From contig JAYZQJ010000184.1 of NCBI GenBank assembly GCA_036149055.1, forward strand, positions 1 through 41,862: a stretch of 41,862 nt of DNA, read 5' to 3'. The notes below the pieces were generated by a model. The model saw nothing but the letters and a program-made list of their open reading frames with translations. It had not been told where the DNA came from and made no database searches. This stretch comes from Myxococcota bacterium (GTDB lineage Bacteria > Myxococcota_A > Polyangia > Polyangiales > Sandaracinaceae). Below, piece after piece: positions 9,048-17,302 of the stretch. Made by a program: the position numbers and the translations under genes. How positions within the stretch are numbered: the first letter of the stretch is position 1; each line of letters opens with the position of its first letter.

Positions 9048-11072
9048 TCAGAGGATCAGGAAGCGCCGATACAGGTTGACCATCAGCTCGTCGATGTCCG
9101 GCGTCATGTCGGTGTCCGCGTCGGTCGTCTGGAAGTTGTCGAGCAGGAAGCCCAACAGGGCGGTGCGGTTGTTGTTGGTGAGAACGCCGACCGCGTTGCC
9201 TCCGCCGCTCCCCGCCGCGATGAGCACCTCACCGGTGCCGCCCGTCCCGTCGAGGGTGAGGAAGTCCCCGTTGTCGCCCCAGCTGGTGTTGGAGGGAGTC
9301 AGGGGGGCCGGGAAGCTCTCAGCCGCGGCGAAGAGGTTCACCGACGCGCCGGTCGCCGGATACAGGTCCTGAGGCGAGCCGTACGAGGTGGTGGTCACCC
9401 CGAAGGCAGAGAGCAGCGCCGGGGCGGCGTCGAGGTTCCAGTAGCTGAAGATCAGCCGCCCACCGGCCGACACCCGGTCGAGGACACGGCTCTCGACGGT
9501 GGCGTCGTATCCGCTGCTGGGCGTCTCGACCACAACGATGTCCCAGCCGCCGGCGTCGTAGTTGGTGGCGAAGTCGGCCGACGTCGTCGTCTCCACGTAC
9601 GGCCAGCCGAGGATGTCGAGGGCCCGCACCGCCGGCCCGCCGCTGCCACCCCCGTAGGTGTAGTGGTGCACGAGCACGCGCAGGCTCGCCAGGTCGCGAC
9701 ACGCGCCGCCGACGCACGCCTGGGTCGCTCCGCAGGCCGCGCCGCAGCCCCCGCAGTGGGCGGGGTCGTTGTCGGTGTCCACGCAGCTCCCCGAGCAGAG
9801 GGTGATGCCCGTGCCGCAGGAGGCGCCGCACGTCCCCATCGAGCAGACCTCGCCCGCCCCGCAGGCCGTGCCGCAGCCGCCGCAGTTCGCGGGATCGGTG
9901 TCCGTGTCGACACAGGCCCCGCCGCACAGCGTGGAGCCACCCACGCACGAGAGCGTGCACGCCCCCGCCTGGCAGACCTCACCGGCCGCGCAGGCCACGC
10001 CGCACCCGCCGCAGTTCGCGGGGTCCGTGCCGGTGTCGACGCACGCCCCGGCGCACTCGGTCGTCCCGCCGCCGCAGCTGAGCGTGCACGAGCCGGCGAC
10101 GCAGCGCTCGCCGCTGCCGCAGACGGTGCCGCAGCCGCCGCAGTTCGCGGCGTCGGCCGCGGTGTCCACGCACGCCCCACCACACAGGGTGGTGCCGCCG
10201 CTGCAGCGCAGACCGCAGGTGCCGCCGGAGCAGACCTCGCCGCTGGCGCAGGTGGCGCCGCACGCCCCGCAGTTCGACGGGTCGAGGCTCGTGTCCACGC
10301 AGGCGCCGCCGCACTCGGTCGAGCCCCCCGCGCAGGTGAGCGCGCACGTGCCCGCCGAGCAGACCTCACCGGCCGCGCACGCGTTGCCACACGCGCCGCA
10401 GTTCGCCGGGTCGGTGTCGGTGGCGACGCAGGTGGTTCCGCAGAGGCTGGTCCCTCCGCCACAGCTGACGCCACAGACGCCGGCCGAGCAGACCTCGCCG
10501 GCGGCGCAGGTCACCCCGCAGCCCCCGCAGTGGGCGGGATCCAGGTCGGTGTCCACGCACGCGCCATCGCACTCGGTGGTCCCGCCGCCGCAGCTCACAC
10601 CGCAGCTCCCCCCGGAGCAGACCTCGCCGGCGGCGCAGGTCACGCCGCAGCCGCCGCAGTGACCGGGATCCACGTCGGTGTCCACGCACGCGCCATCGCA
10701 CTCGGTGGTCCCGCCGGTGCAGCTCAGCCCGCAGCTCCCCATCGAGCACACCTCGCCGGCGCCGCAGGCCCCGTTGCAGGCGCCGCAGTGGGCGGGGTCG
10801 TTGGCGGTGTCGACGCAGGCGCCTTCGCAGAGCGTGGTGCCGCCGCTGCAGGTGAGCGCGCAGCTGCCCATCGAGCAGACTTCACCGGCGCCGCAGACGT
10901 TCCCGCAGGCGCCGCAGTGATCGACGTCGTCGTCGGTGTCCACGCACTCGTCACCGCACAGCGTGTCGGCACATGTCCCACCATCCATGGGCGTGGTCCC
11001 CGCGTCCGGGTCGGTCGTCCCCCCGCCGCACGCGGACATGGCCAGAGCGCCGATCAACGTCAGCGCGCGCAT
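9048..11072 (-). CDS. Cysteine-rich repeat lipoprotein (MXAN_6577/Stig1-like repeats) with C-terminal alpha/beta domain
   Basis: LIGALAMSA-C lipobox; ten C..C..CVD..D..(H/N)CG.C...C.....C....C repeats. Alternative start GTG 11099 after GGAGG. Confidence 0.85.
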   Translation of the reverse strand: MRALTLIGALAMSACGGGTTDPDAGTTPMDGGTCADTLCGDECVDTDDDVDHCGACGNVCGAGEVCSMGSCALTCSGGTTLCEGACVDTANDPAHCGACNGACGAGEVCSMGSCGLSCTGGTTECDGACVDTDVDPGHCGGCGVTCAAGEVCSGGSCGVSCGGGTTECDGACVDTDLDPAHCGGCGVTCAAGEVCSAGVCGVSCGGGTSLCGTTCVATDTDPANCGACGNACAAGEVCSAGTCALTCAGGSTECGGACVDTSLDPSNCGACGATCASGEVCSGGTCGLRCSGGTTLCGGACVDTAADAANCGGCGTVCGSGERCVAGSCTLSCGGGTTECAGACVDTGTDPANCGGCGVACAAGEVCQAGACTLSCVGGSTLCGGACVDTDTDPANCGGCGTACGAGEVCSMGTCGASCGTGITLCSGSCVDTDNDPAHCGGCGAACGATQACVGGACRDLASLRVLVHHYTYGGGSGGPAVRALDILGWPYVETTTSADFATNYDAGGWDIVVVETPSSGYDATVESRVLDRVSAGGRLIFSYWNLDAAPALLSAFGVTTTSYGSPQDLYPATGASVNLFAAAESFPAPLTPSNTSWGDNGDFLTLDGTGGTGEVLIAAGSGGGNAVGVLTNNNRTALLGFLLDNFQTTDADTDMTPDIDELMVNLYRRFLIL
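9690..10973 (-). repeat. Ten tandem 129-bp (43-aa, 8-Cys) coding repeats
   Basis: Counted in the translation: first unit 41 aa, the other nine 43 aa. Confidence 0.9.
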
Positions 11073-11142
11073 CCACTCGTACTCGCTCGATGTCCTCACT
11101 CGTCCTCCCTCGTAGCTCTTCGCCCCAGGCGAAAGCGGCACG

Positions 11143-11171
11143 AGGGTAACCGAGCGATACGGCTACATCAA
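11143..11171 (-). promoter_or_regulatory. Putative sigma70-like promoter (TTGATG-N17-TACCCT) for the Cys-rich gene
   Basis: Consensus-like boxes with 17-nt spacer upstream of a GGAGG site. Confidence 0.5.
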
Positions 11172-11197
11172 ACTCGTACGGATTAGCTGTACGCGGC

Positions 11198-11776
11198 TCA
11201 GGAGGTCTCGCCGCCGGGCACGGCGGCGTGGGGCATCTGCTCGCCGTTCTGCTGGCGCTCGCGCATCTCGTACTTGGACGGGCAGCGCGGGATCACCTGG
11301 TTGGCGAGGAAGGTGCCGTCCGTCTGGAGCTGGCCCTGGACGACGACGTCCATCGGCATGTCGTCGCGGAAGGTGTCGGGCACGACGCAGCGGGGGAAGC
11401 GCACCGACATGGCGTGCCCCTCGCGCTCGAGCACGAAGCGGTGCTCGCAGCTGGGCTCGTCCTCGAACTGGACCGAGCCCTGCTCGAGCTGCCCCTCGAC
11501 CCGGAGCTCGCGACCGACGTAGCGGTCGGGCTCGCTCATGACCTCGTTCACGAGCTTGCTGTAGACGAACGCGTCGGAGGCGGAGGTGCCGAAGAGCAGG
11601 ACGGCGACGCCGCCGCCCAGCAGGACGAACACCGCGCCGATCTTCGCCCACGCGGGGATGCCGCCCTCCTTGCGCGCCGACGGCCTCGCGGGCCTCGCGG
11701 CGACCGGCTCGGGGGACTCTTCCTCCGCGCCGCCGTCGTCGCGGCGCAGCTCCTCGGCAAGCTCGTCGTCGTCCAT
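11198..11776 (-). CDS. ccmE: Cytochrome c maturation heme chaperone CcmE, CxxxY variant
   Basis: Single TM, LRVEG, PDTFRD..VVVQG..F.A..VIPRCPSKY. Confidence 0.85.
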   Translation of the reverse strand: MDDDELAEELRRDDGGAEEESPEPVAARPARPSARKEGGIPAWAKIGAVFVLLGGGVAVLLFGTSASDAFVYSKLVNEVMSEPDRYVGRELRVEGQLEQGSVQFEDEPSCEHRFVLEREGHAMSVRFPRCVVPDTFRDDMPMDVVVQGQLQTDGTFLANQVIPRCPSKYEMRERQQNGEQMPHAAVPGGETS

Positions 11777-11826
11777 GACGGGCGAATTATGGCGCCGCTG
11801 GGCCGCGGAGGAAAGGGGCGGGACGG

Positions 11827-11861
11827 AAAGAGAAAGACCCGGACGCCAAAGCGCCCGGGTC
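11827..11861 (-). terminator. Intrinsic terminator after atpE
   Basis: Minus strand GACCCGGGCGC-TTTG-GCGTCCGGGTC followed by TTTCTCTTT. Confidence 0.8.
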
Positions 11862-11892
11862 CCTCGGTCCGGCTTGCGAAGAGCCTGTCGGC

Positions 11893-12219
<327 letters not shown>

Positions 12220-12334
12220 GGGAGAGCCTCCTGTGGACCTCTGGTTGAGCTGACGGCCTCCGGCCGCCGGACCCTACGAAACACTTGTTGGATTGGGGGA
12301 CTAGGGCGGGGCCCTCGGCCCCGGAACACGGTTC

Positions 12335-13156
12335 TCAGTGGTCTTCGGAGTGCTCGATGGCCATCGCGATGTACACGGTGGACAGGATGCAGAAGACCAG
12401 GCACTGCACGACGACCACGAGGGAGCCGAGCAGCAGGATCGGGACGGGCACGAGGAACGGCACCAGCCCGATGAAGACGCCGAGCACGAGGTGATCGGCG
12501 AACATGTTCGCCATCAGGCGCACCGCGAGCGACGCGGGCCGCACCAGGTGGCTGATGGTCTCGACGATGAGCATCAGGATCATCAGGGGCAGCGCGTACC
12601 ACTTGATGATCGGGCCGAAGAAGTGCTTGAAGTACGCGAGCCCGTGCTCCTTCACCCCGAAGATGTGGGTGGCGAAGAAGATGATGATCGCGCAAGCGAG
12701 CGTGACGCTCAGCGAGCTCGTCGGCGGCAGGAAGCCCGGCACCAGGCCCATCCCGTTCGAGCACAGGATGAAGAAGGCGCAGGTCCCGATGAGCGGGAGG
12801 AAGAAGCGCGCCGCCTTCTTGCCCATGATGTCGCCCATCATGGAGTAGACGGTGCCCACGAACAGCTCGATGCCCGTCCGCAGGGTGAGCTTGTCGTCGG
12901 GGACGACGCTCGCCTTCTTCAGCTTGGGGTACGCGAGCGCGGCGAGGGCGCCGAGGATCAGGACCACGAAGCCGACGTGAATCAACGCCTGGCTGCCGTG
13001 CCCCGGGTTGTGCGCGATGTCGACCGGGGAGCCCAGCAGGCCCCAGGTCTTGCCCTCGTCGTTGAACGGCCAGCCCATGAGGTGCATGGCGTTCTGCGAG
13101 TTCTCGTAGATCGGGTGGAGCAACCCTTCCGACCAGGTGTAGCTGCCCTCGGACAT
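12335..13156 (-). CDS. atpB: ATP synthase F0 subunit a (273 aa)
   Basis: GLVPGFLPPT, RPASLAVRLMANMFADH, VQCLVFCILSTVYI. Confidence 0.95.
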   Translation of the reverse strand: MSEGSYTWSEGLLHPIYENSQNAMHLMGWPFNDEGKTWGLLGSPVDIAHNPGHGSQALIHVGFVVLILGALAALAYPKLKKASVVPDDKLTLRTGIELFVGTVYSMMGDIMGKKAARFFLPLIGTCAFFILCSNGMGLVPGFLPPTSSLSVTLACAIIIFFATHIFGVKEHGLAYFKHFFGPIIKWYALPLMILMLIVETISHLVRPASLAVRLMANMFADHLVLGVFIGLVPFLVPVPILLLGSLVVVVQCLVFCILSTVYIAMAIEHSEDH

Positions 13157-13157
13157 C

Positions 13158-13559
13158 TCAGCTCTCCTCCGCCATGTCTGTGGCATCGGGGTCGGCAGGC
13201 GTGGCCGCCGCGGTGTGGAAGCCCCCCGCCAGGATCCCGAGCACGAGTCCGCTCAGGCCGATGGTGAATCCGATGGGGTCGACGACCCCGGTCGCCAAGA
13301 CCGCCCAGGCGACGACGAGCATCGCGAGCATCTTGACTGCGAGCAGGCCACCCCAGACGAGGCGCCCGCGATCATTCGCGACGACGAGCTTCTTGCCGAC
13401 CCAGCGCATCGCCATCCAGTTCGCGCTGCCCAGCACGCCGCCGACCGCCGCGCCGAACCCGCTGGTGAGCCCCAACGCCACGAACGTCACCACCGTCAGG
13501 AGCGCGGAGGCGCCCAGGACGTAGAGGGTGATGCGTCGGAGTGTGTCGCGGAGGTCCAT
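13158..13559 (-). CDS. atpI: ATP synthase protein I-like 4-TM protein
   Basis: Four TM helices, KMLAML..IGFTIGLS; position upstream of atpB. Confidence 0.75.
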   Translation of the reverse strand: MDLRDTLRRITLYVLGASALLTVVTFVALGLTSGFGAAVGGVLGSANWMAMRWVGKKLVVANDRGRLVWGGLLAVKMLAMLVVAWAVLATGVVDPIGFTIGLSGLVLGILAGGFHTAAATPADPDATDMAEES

Positions 13560-13560
13560 C

Positions 13561-13800
13561 TCAGTCGGTCTCGATGCGGTTCGGGTCGAACCGGCGGGCC
13601 GCATACCACAGGCCACGGAAGCCGGCGAGCATGCCCAGAGCGAGTCCCAAGTAGGCGAGGTAGGGTGCGGTGTCGAGGCGTCCGTCGAGCCAGCGTCCGC
13701 CGAAATAGCCGAGGCAGACCGCCAGGACCATCTCGATGCCCACCGCGCTCACGCGGGTGGCCAGCTTCAGCTGTTTGCGTCCCTCCGGGCCGAGCAACAT
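13561..13800 (-). CDS. atpZ: AtpZ/AtpI (ATPase gene 1) family 2-TM protein
   Basis: VGIEMVLAV..GYFGGRWLDGRLDTAP..LG..AGFR motif. Confidence 0.8.
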   Translation of the reverse strand: MLLGPEGRKQLKLATRVSAVGIEMVLAVCLGYFGGRWLDGRLDTAPYLAYLGLALGMLAGFRGLWYAARRFDPNRIETD

Positions 13801-13848
13801 CGCTACTTTCCGTTCGCCAAGGGGCGGTTACACCCGGAGCGCGGCGGC

Positions 13849-13877
13849 CATTTAGCATGGGCCCCAGGGGGGGTCAA
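13849..13877 (-). promoter_or_regulatory. Putative atp promoter (TTGACC-N17-TAAATG, extended TG)
   Basis: Consensus-like boxes about 50 nt upstream of atpZ. Confidence 0.55.
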
Positions 13878-13929
13878 GCGGCCCCGAGGGCACCTCGGCC
13901 CGAGCAAAAACCGAATAGATTTCAACCGT

Positions 13930-15213
13930 CTAGACGGCCTTCAGGGCCGCCCGAAAGGCGTCCTCCGTGGCGCTCAGCGCCGCGTCGTCGTGGGTCACCG
14001 AGAGGAACCCGGCTTCGTACTGCGCCGGCGGCCAGTGCACGCCCGCTTCGAGCATGCCGGCGTGCCATCGCCCGAACGCCTGGGTGTCCGCCTTCGCGGC
14101 GTCGTCCCATCGCCGGACGGGGAAGTCCCCGAAGTAGGGGGTGATCATCGATCCCACGCGCTGCACCGTCACCGCCTTGCCGGCGTCCTTCGCCGCGGAG
14201 CGGAAGCTCTCCTCGAGCCGGGCCCCCGACGCCTCGAGCGTCTCGTAGACGCCCTCCTTCTGGAGCAAACGCAGGGTGGTGAGCCCGGCGGCGACCGCGA
14301 GCGGGTTCCCGCTGAGGGTGCCGGCCTGGTAGACGGGGCCGTCGGGCGCGACCTTCTTCATGATCTCGCGCTTGCCCCCGTAGGCGCCCATCGGCAGCCC
14401 GCCGCCGATGATCTTGCCGAGGCACGTCAGGTCGGGGGTGACGCCGAAGCGGGCCTGGGCGCCGCCGGCCGCGACCCGGAAGCCGGTCATGACCTCGTCG
14501 AACACGAGGACCACGCCGTGCTTCGTGCACAGCTCGCGCAGCCCCTCGAGGTAGCCGGGCTCGGGGGGCACGCAGCCCATGTTCCCGGCCACCGGCTCGA
14601 TGATGATGGCGGCGATCTCGTCGCCCTGGGCCTCGAAGCGCGCCCGGATCGCCTCGAGGTCGTTGTAGGGCTCGACGATGGTGGTCGAGGCGATCGCCTC
14701 GGGCACCCCGGCGCTGGTCGGCACCCCGAAGGTGGCCGCGCCGCTCCCCGCCTTCACGAGCAGGTAGTCGGCCCCGCCGTGGTAGTTGCCCTCGCACTTC
14801 ACGACGAGATCGCGCCCGGTGAAGCCGCGGGCCACCCGGAGCGCCCCCATCACCGCCTCGGTGCCGCTCGAGACGAAGCGGACCATCTCGATCGAGGGGA
14901 AGAAGCCGTGGACGAGCTCCGCGAGCTCCGTCTCCTGGGCGGTCGGGGCGCCGTAGCTCGCGCCCTTGGCGGCCGCGTCCTGCACCGCCTTCACCACCTG
15001 CGGGTGGGCGTGCCCCAGGATCATGGGGCCCCAGCTGCCGACGTAGTCGACGTAGCGGGTGCCGTCGGCGCCGTAGAGGTAGGGGCCCTCGGCCCGCTCC
15101 ACGAAGATCGGGTGCTCGCCGACCGCCTTGAAGGCGCGGACGGGGGAGCTGACCCCGCCCGGCATCCACTCGCGGGCCTTCTCGAAGAGCGCTCTGGAAA
15201 CGGTGTCTCCCAT
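13930..15213 (-). CDS. hemL: Glutamate-1-semialdehyde 2,1-aminomutase
   Basis: PGGVSSPVRAF, DYVGSWGP, SSGTEA, FDEVMTGFR, LGKIIGGGLP, YQAGTLSGNP. Confidence 0.97.
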   Translation of the reverse strand: MGDTVSRALFEKAREWMPGGVSSPVRAFKAVGEHPIFVERAEGPYLYGADGTRYVDYVGSWGPMILGHAHPQVVKAVQDAAAKGASYGAPTAQETELAELVHGFFPSIEMVRFVSSGTEAVMGALRVARGFTGRDLVVKCEGNYHGGADYLLVKAGSGAATFGVPTSAGVPEAIASTTIVEPYNDLEAIRARFEAQGDEIAAIIIEPVAGNMGCVPPEPGYLEGLRELCTKHGVVLVFDEVMTGFRVAAGGAQARFGVTPDLTCLGKIIGGGLPMGAYGGKREIMKKVAPDGPVYQAGTLSGNPLAVAAGLTTLRLLQKEGVYETLEASGARLEESFRSAAKDAGKAVTVQRVGSMITPYFGDFPVRRWDDAAKADTQAFGRWHAGMLEAGVHWPPAQYEAGFLSVTHDDAALSATEDAFRAALKAV

Positions 15214-15221
15214 GCGGCCGG

Positions 15222-15250
15222 AGGGTGGGGCCGCGCGGCCCGGCGTTCAA
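15222..15250 (-). promoter_or_regulatory. Putative hemL promoter (TTGAAC-N17-CACCCT)
   Basis: -10 box lies 8 nt from ATG 15213; no SD. Confidence 0.45.
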
Positions 15251-15395
15251 GGCGACAGCTCACGCCCGAAACCGGGGGAATATCGCGGGCCCAGCGGCGT
15301 TTGCCTCCCGGCCGAAAAGGGTGCTACCCGGCATGCCGAACAGCGACGTCCGGGCCCTCCGCGGGCCCTTCCGAACCTCCGAGAAGAGCAGCCCC

Positions 15396-16418
15396 ATGTA
15401 CAACGACGTGCGCGCCATCAACGACATGGTCCAGCGCGAGAGCGCCTTCATCGACCCGATCCTCGAGGAGGTCCGCAAGGTCATCGTCGGTCAGGACGCG
15501 ATGATCGAGCGGATCCTGATCGGGCTCCTCACCGGCGGCCACGTCCTCCTCGAGGGCGTCCCCGGCCTGGCGAAGACGCTGACCGTCAAGACGGTCTGCG
15601 ACACGATCCACGCCCGCTTCAGCCGCATCCAGTTCACCCCGGACATGCTGCCGGCCGACGTCGTCGGCACGGTCATCTACAACCAGCAGCGGGGCGACTT
15701 CACGGCGAAGAAGGGCCCGATCTTCGCCAACCTCGTGCTCGCCGACGAGATCAACCGCGCCCCGGCCAAGGTCCAGGCGGCGCTGCTCGAGGCGATGCAG
15801 GAGCGCCAGGTCACGATCGGCGACACGACCCACCCGCTCGAGCGGCCGTTCATGGTCATGGCGACCCAGAACCCGGTCGAGCAGGAGGGCACCTACCCGC
15901 TCGCCGAGGCGCAGGTCGACCGCTTCATGATGCACGTCGTCGTCGGCTACCCGGGCCGGGACGAGGAGCGCGAGATCATGAAGCGCATGACCCAGGCCAA
16001 GCTGAAGGACCTGGGCAAGGGCGCGGACGCCGACGGCGGTGGAGTGAAGGCGGTCGCGGATCCGGCGCAGGTGCTCGCGGCGCGCGACGCGATCGGGCAC
16101 ATCATCGTCGACGAGAAGATCAACGACTACATCCTCGACGTGGTCATCGCGACCCGCGATCCGCGCAAGGCGGGCATGAAGGATCTGACCGACATGGTCG
16201 CGCACGGCGCCTCTCCGCGCGCCTCGATCGCGCTCAACCTGGCGGCCCGCGCCCACGCGTTCATCAAGCACCGCGGGTACGTGACGCCCGAGGACGTGAA
16301 GGCGGTCGGGCCCGACGTGCTGCGCCACCGGATCCTGCTGACCTACGAGGCGGAGGCCGAGGAGCTCACGAGCGAGGCGATCGTCCGCCGGGTGTTCGAC
16401 ACCGTCGAAGTCCCATGA
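15396..16418 (+). CDS. moxR: MoxR family AAA+ ATPase (340 aa)
   Basis: LLEGVPGLAKT, RIQFTPD, LADEINRAPAKVQ, ATQNPVEQEGTYPL.EAQ.DRF, GASPRA. Confidence 0.95.
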   Translation: MYNDVRAINDMVQRESAFIDPILEEVRKVIVGQDAMIERILIGLLTGGHVLLEGVPGLAKTLTVKTVCDTIHARFSRIQFTPDMLPADVVGTVIYNQQRGDFTAKKGPIFANLVLADEINRAPAKVQAALLEAMQERQVTIGDTTHPLERPFMVMATQNPVEQEGTYPLAEAQVDRFMMHVVVGYPGRDEEREIMKRMTQAKLKDLGKGADADGGGVKAVADPAQVLAARDAIGHIIVDEKINDYILDVVIATRDPRKAGMKDLTDMVAHGASPRASIALNLAARAHAFIKHRGYVTPEDVKAVGPDVLRHRILLTYEAEAEELTSEAIVRRVFDTVEVP

Positions 16419-17302
16419 TCCCCAAAGAGCTCATCAAGAAGCTCCGGAAGATCGAGATCCGGACGAGCCGGCTGGCCAACGAGCAGCTCGCCGGCGGGTA
16501 CCACTCCGTGTTCAAGGGCCGCGGCATGGCCTTCAGCGAGGTGCGCCCGTACCAGCCCGGCGACGACGTGCGCTTCATCGACTGGAACGTCAGCGCGCGC
16601 ATGAACGAGACCTACGTGAAGGTCTTCACCGAAGAGCGCGAGATGACGGTGATGCTGCTCGTCGATCTCAGCGGCTCGGAGCGCTTCGGCTCGGTCGCCC
16701 GGCCGAAGGTGGAGACGGTGGCGGAGGTGAGCGCGCTGCTCGCCTTCAGCGCGATCAAGAACAACGACCGGGTCGGCCTGGTGCTCTTCACCGACCGGGT
16801 CGAGAAGACGATCCCGCCCAAAAAGGGCAAGGCCCACGTGATGCGCGTGGTGACCGAGATCCTCAACGCGCGCCCCACCGGCGAGGGCACCGATCTCTCG
16901 GTGGCCCTCGATCACCTGGGCCACGTGGCCCGGCGGCGCGCGGTCGCGTTCCTGGTGAGCGACTTCATCGCCGACCAGTACGAGAAGCCGCTGCGCATCG
17001 CGTCGGCGCGCCACGATCTGATCCCGATCCAGGTGGTCGACCCGCGCGAGGAGGAGCTTCCCGACGTGGGGCTCGCGCTCTTCGAGGACCTCGAGAGCGG
17101 TGACGTGATCGAGGTCGACACCGGCGACCCGAGGGTGCGCAAGGCCTACCGCCGCCGGGTGGCGCGGCACCGCCAGAAGCGGGAAGAGATGTTCCGCAAG
17201 CTGAGCGTCGACCACATCACGGTGCAGACGGACCGCGACTACGTGCGGCCGCTGACGGATCTCTTCCGCCGGCGGGCCCGCCGGATGAAGGGCTACGGGT
17301 GA
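16415..17302 (+). CDS. DUF58 domain (VWA-like) protein (295 aa)
   Basis: G.YHSVFKGRGM.F.EVR.Y.PGDDVR.IDWN; DLSGS; NDRVG; SDF; ATGA overlap with moxR. Confidence 0.93.
   Translation: MIPKELIKKLRKIEIRTSRLANEQLAGGYHSVFKGRGMAFSEVRPYQPGDDVRFIDWNVSARMNETYVKVFTEEREMTVMLLVDLSGSERFGSVARPKVETVAEVSALLAFSAIKNNDRVGLVLFTDRVEKTIPPKKGKAHVMRVVTEILNARPTGEGTDLSVALDHLGHVARRRAVAFLVSDFIADQYEKPLRIASARHDLIPIQVVDPREEELPDVGLALFEDLESGDVIEVDTGDPRVRKAYRRRVARHRQKREEMFRKLSVDHITVQTDRDYVRPLTDLFRRRARRMKGYG

Noticed and set aside
9690..10973. Multiheme cytochrome c next to ccmE
   Set aside because: Motifs are HCxxC/NCxxC, not CxxCH; they fit disulfide-rich repeats.
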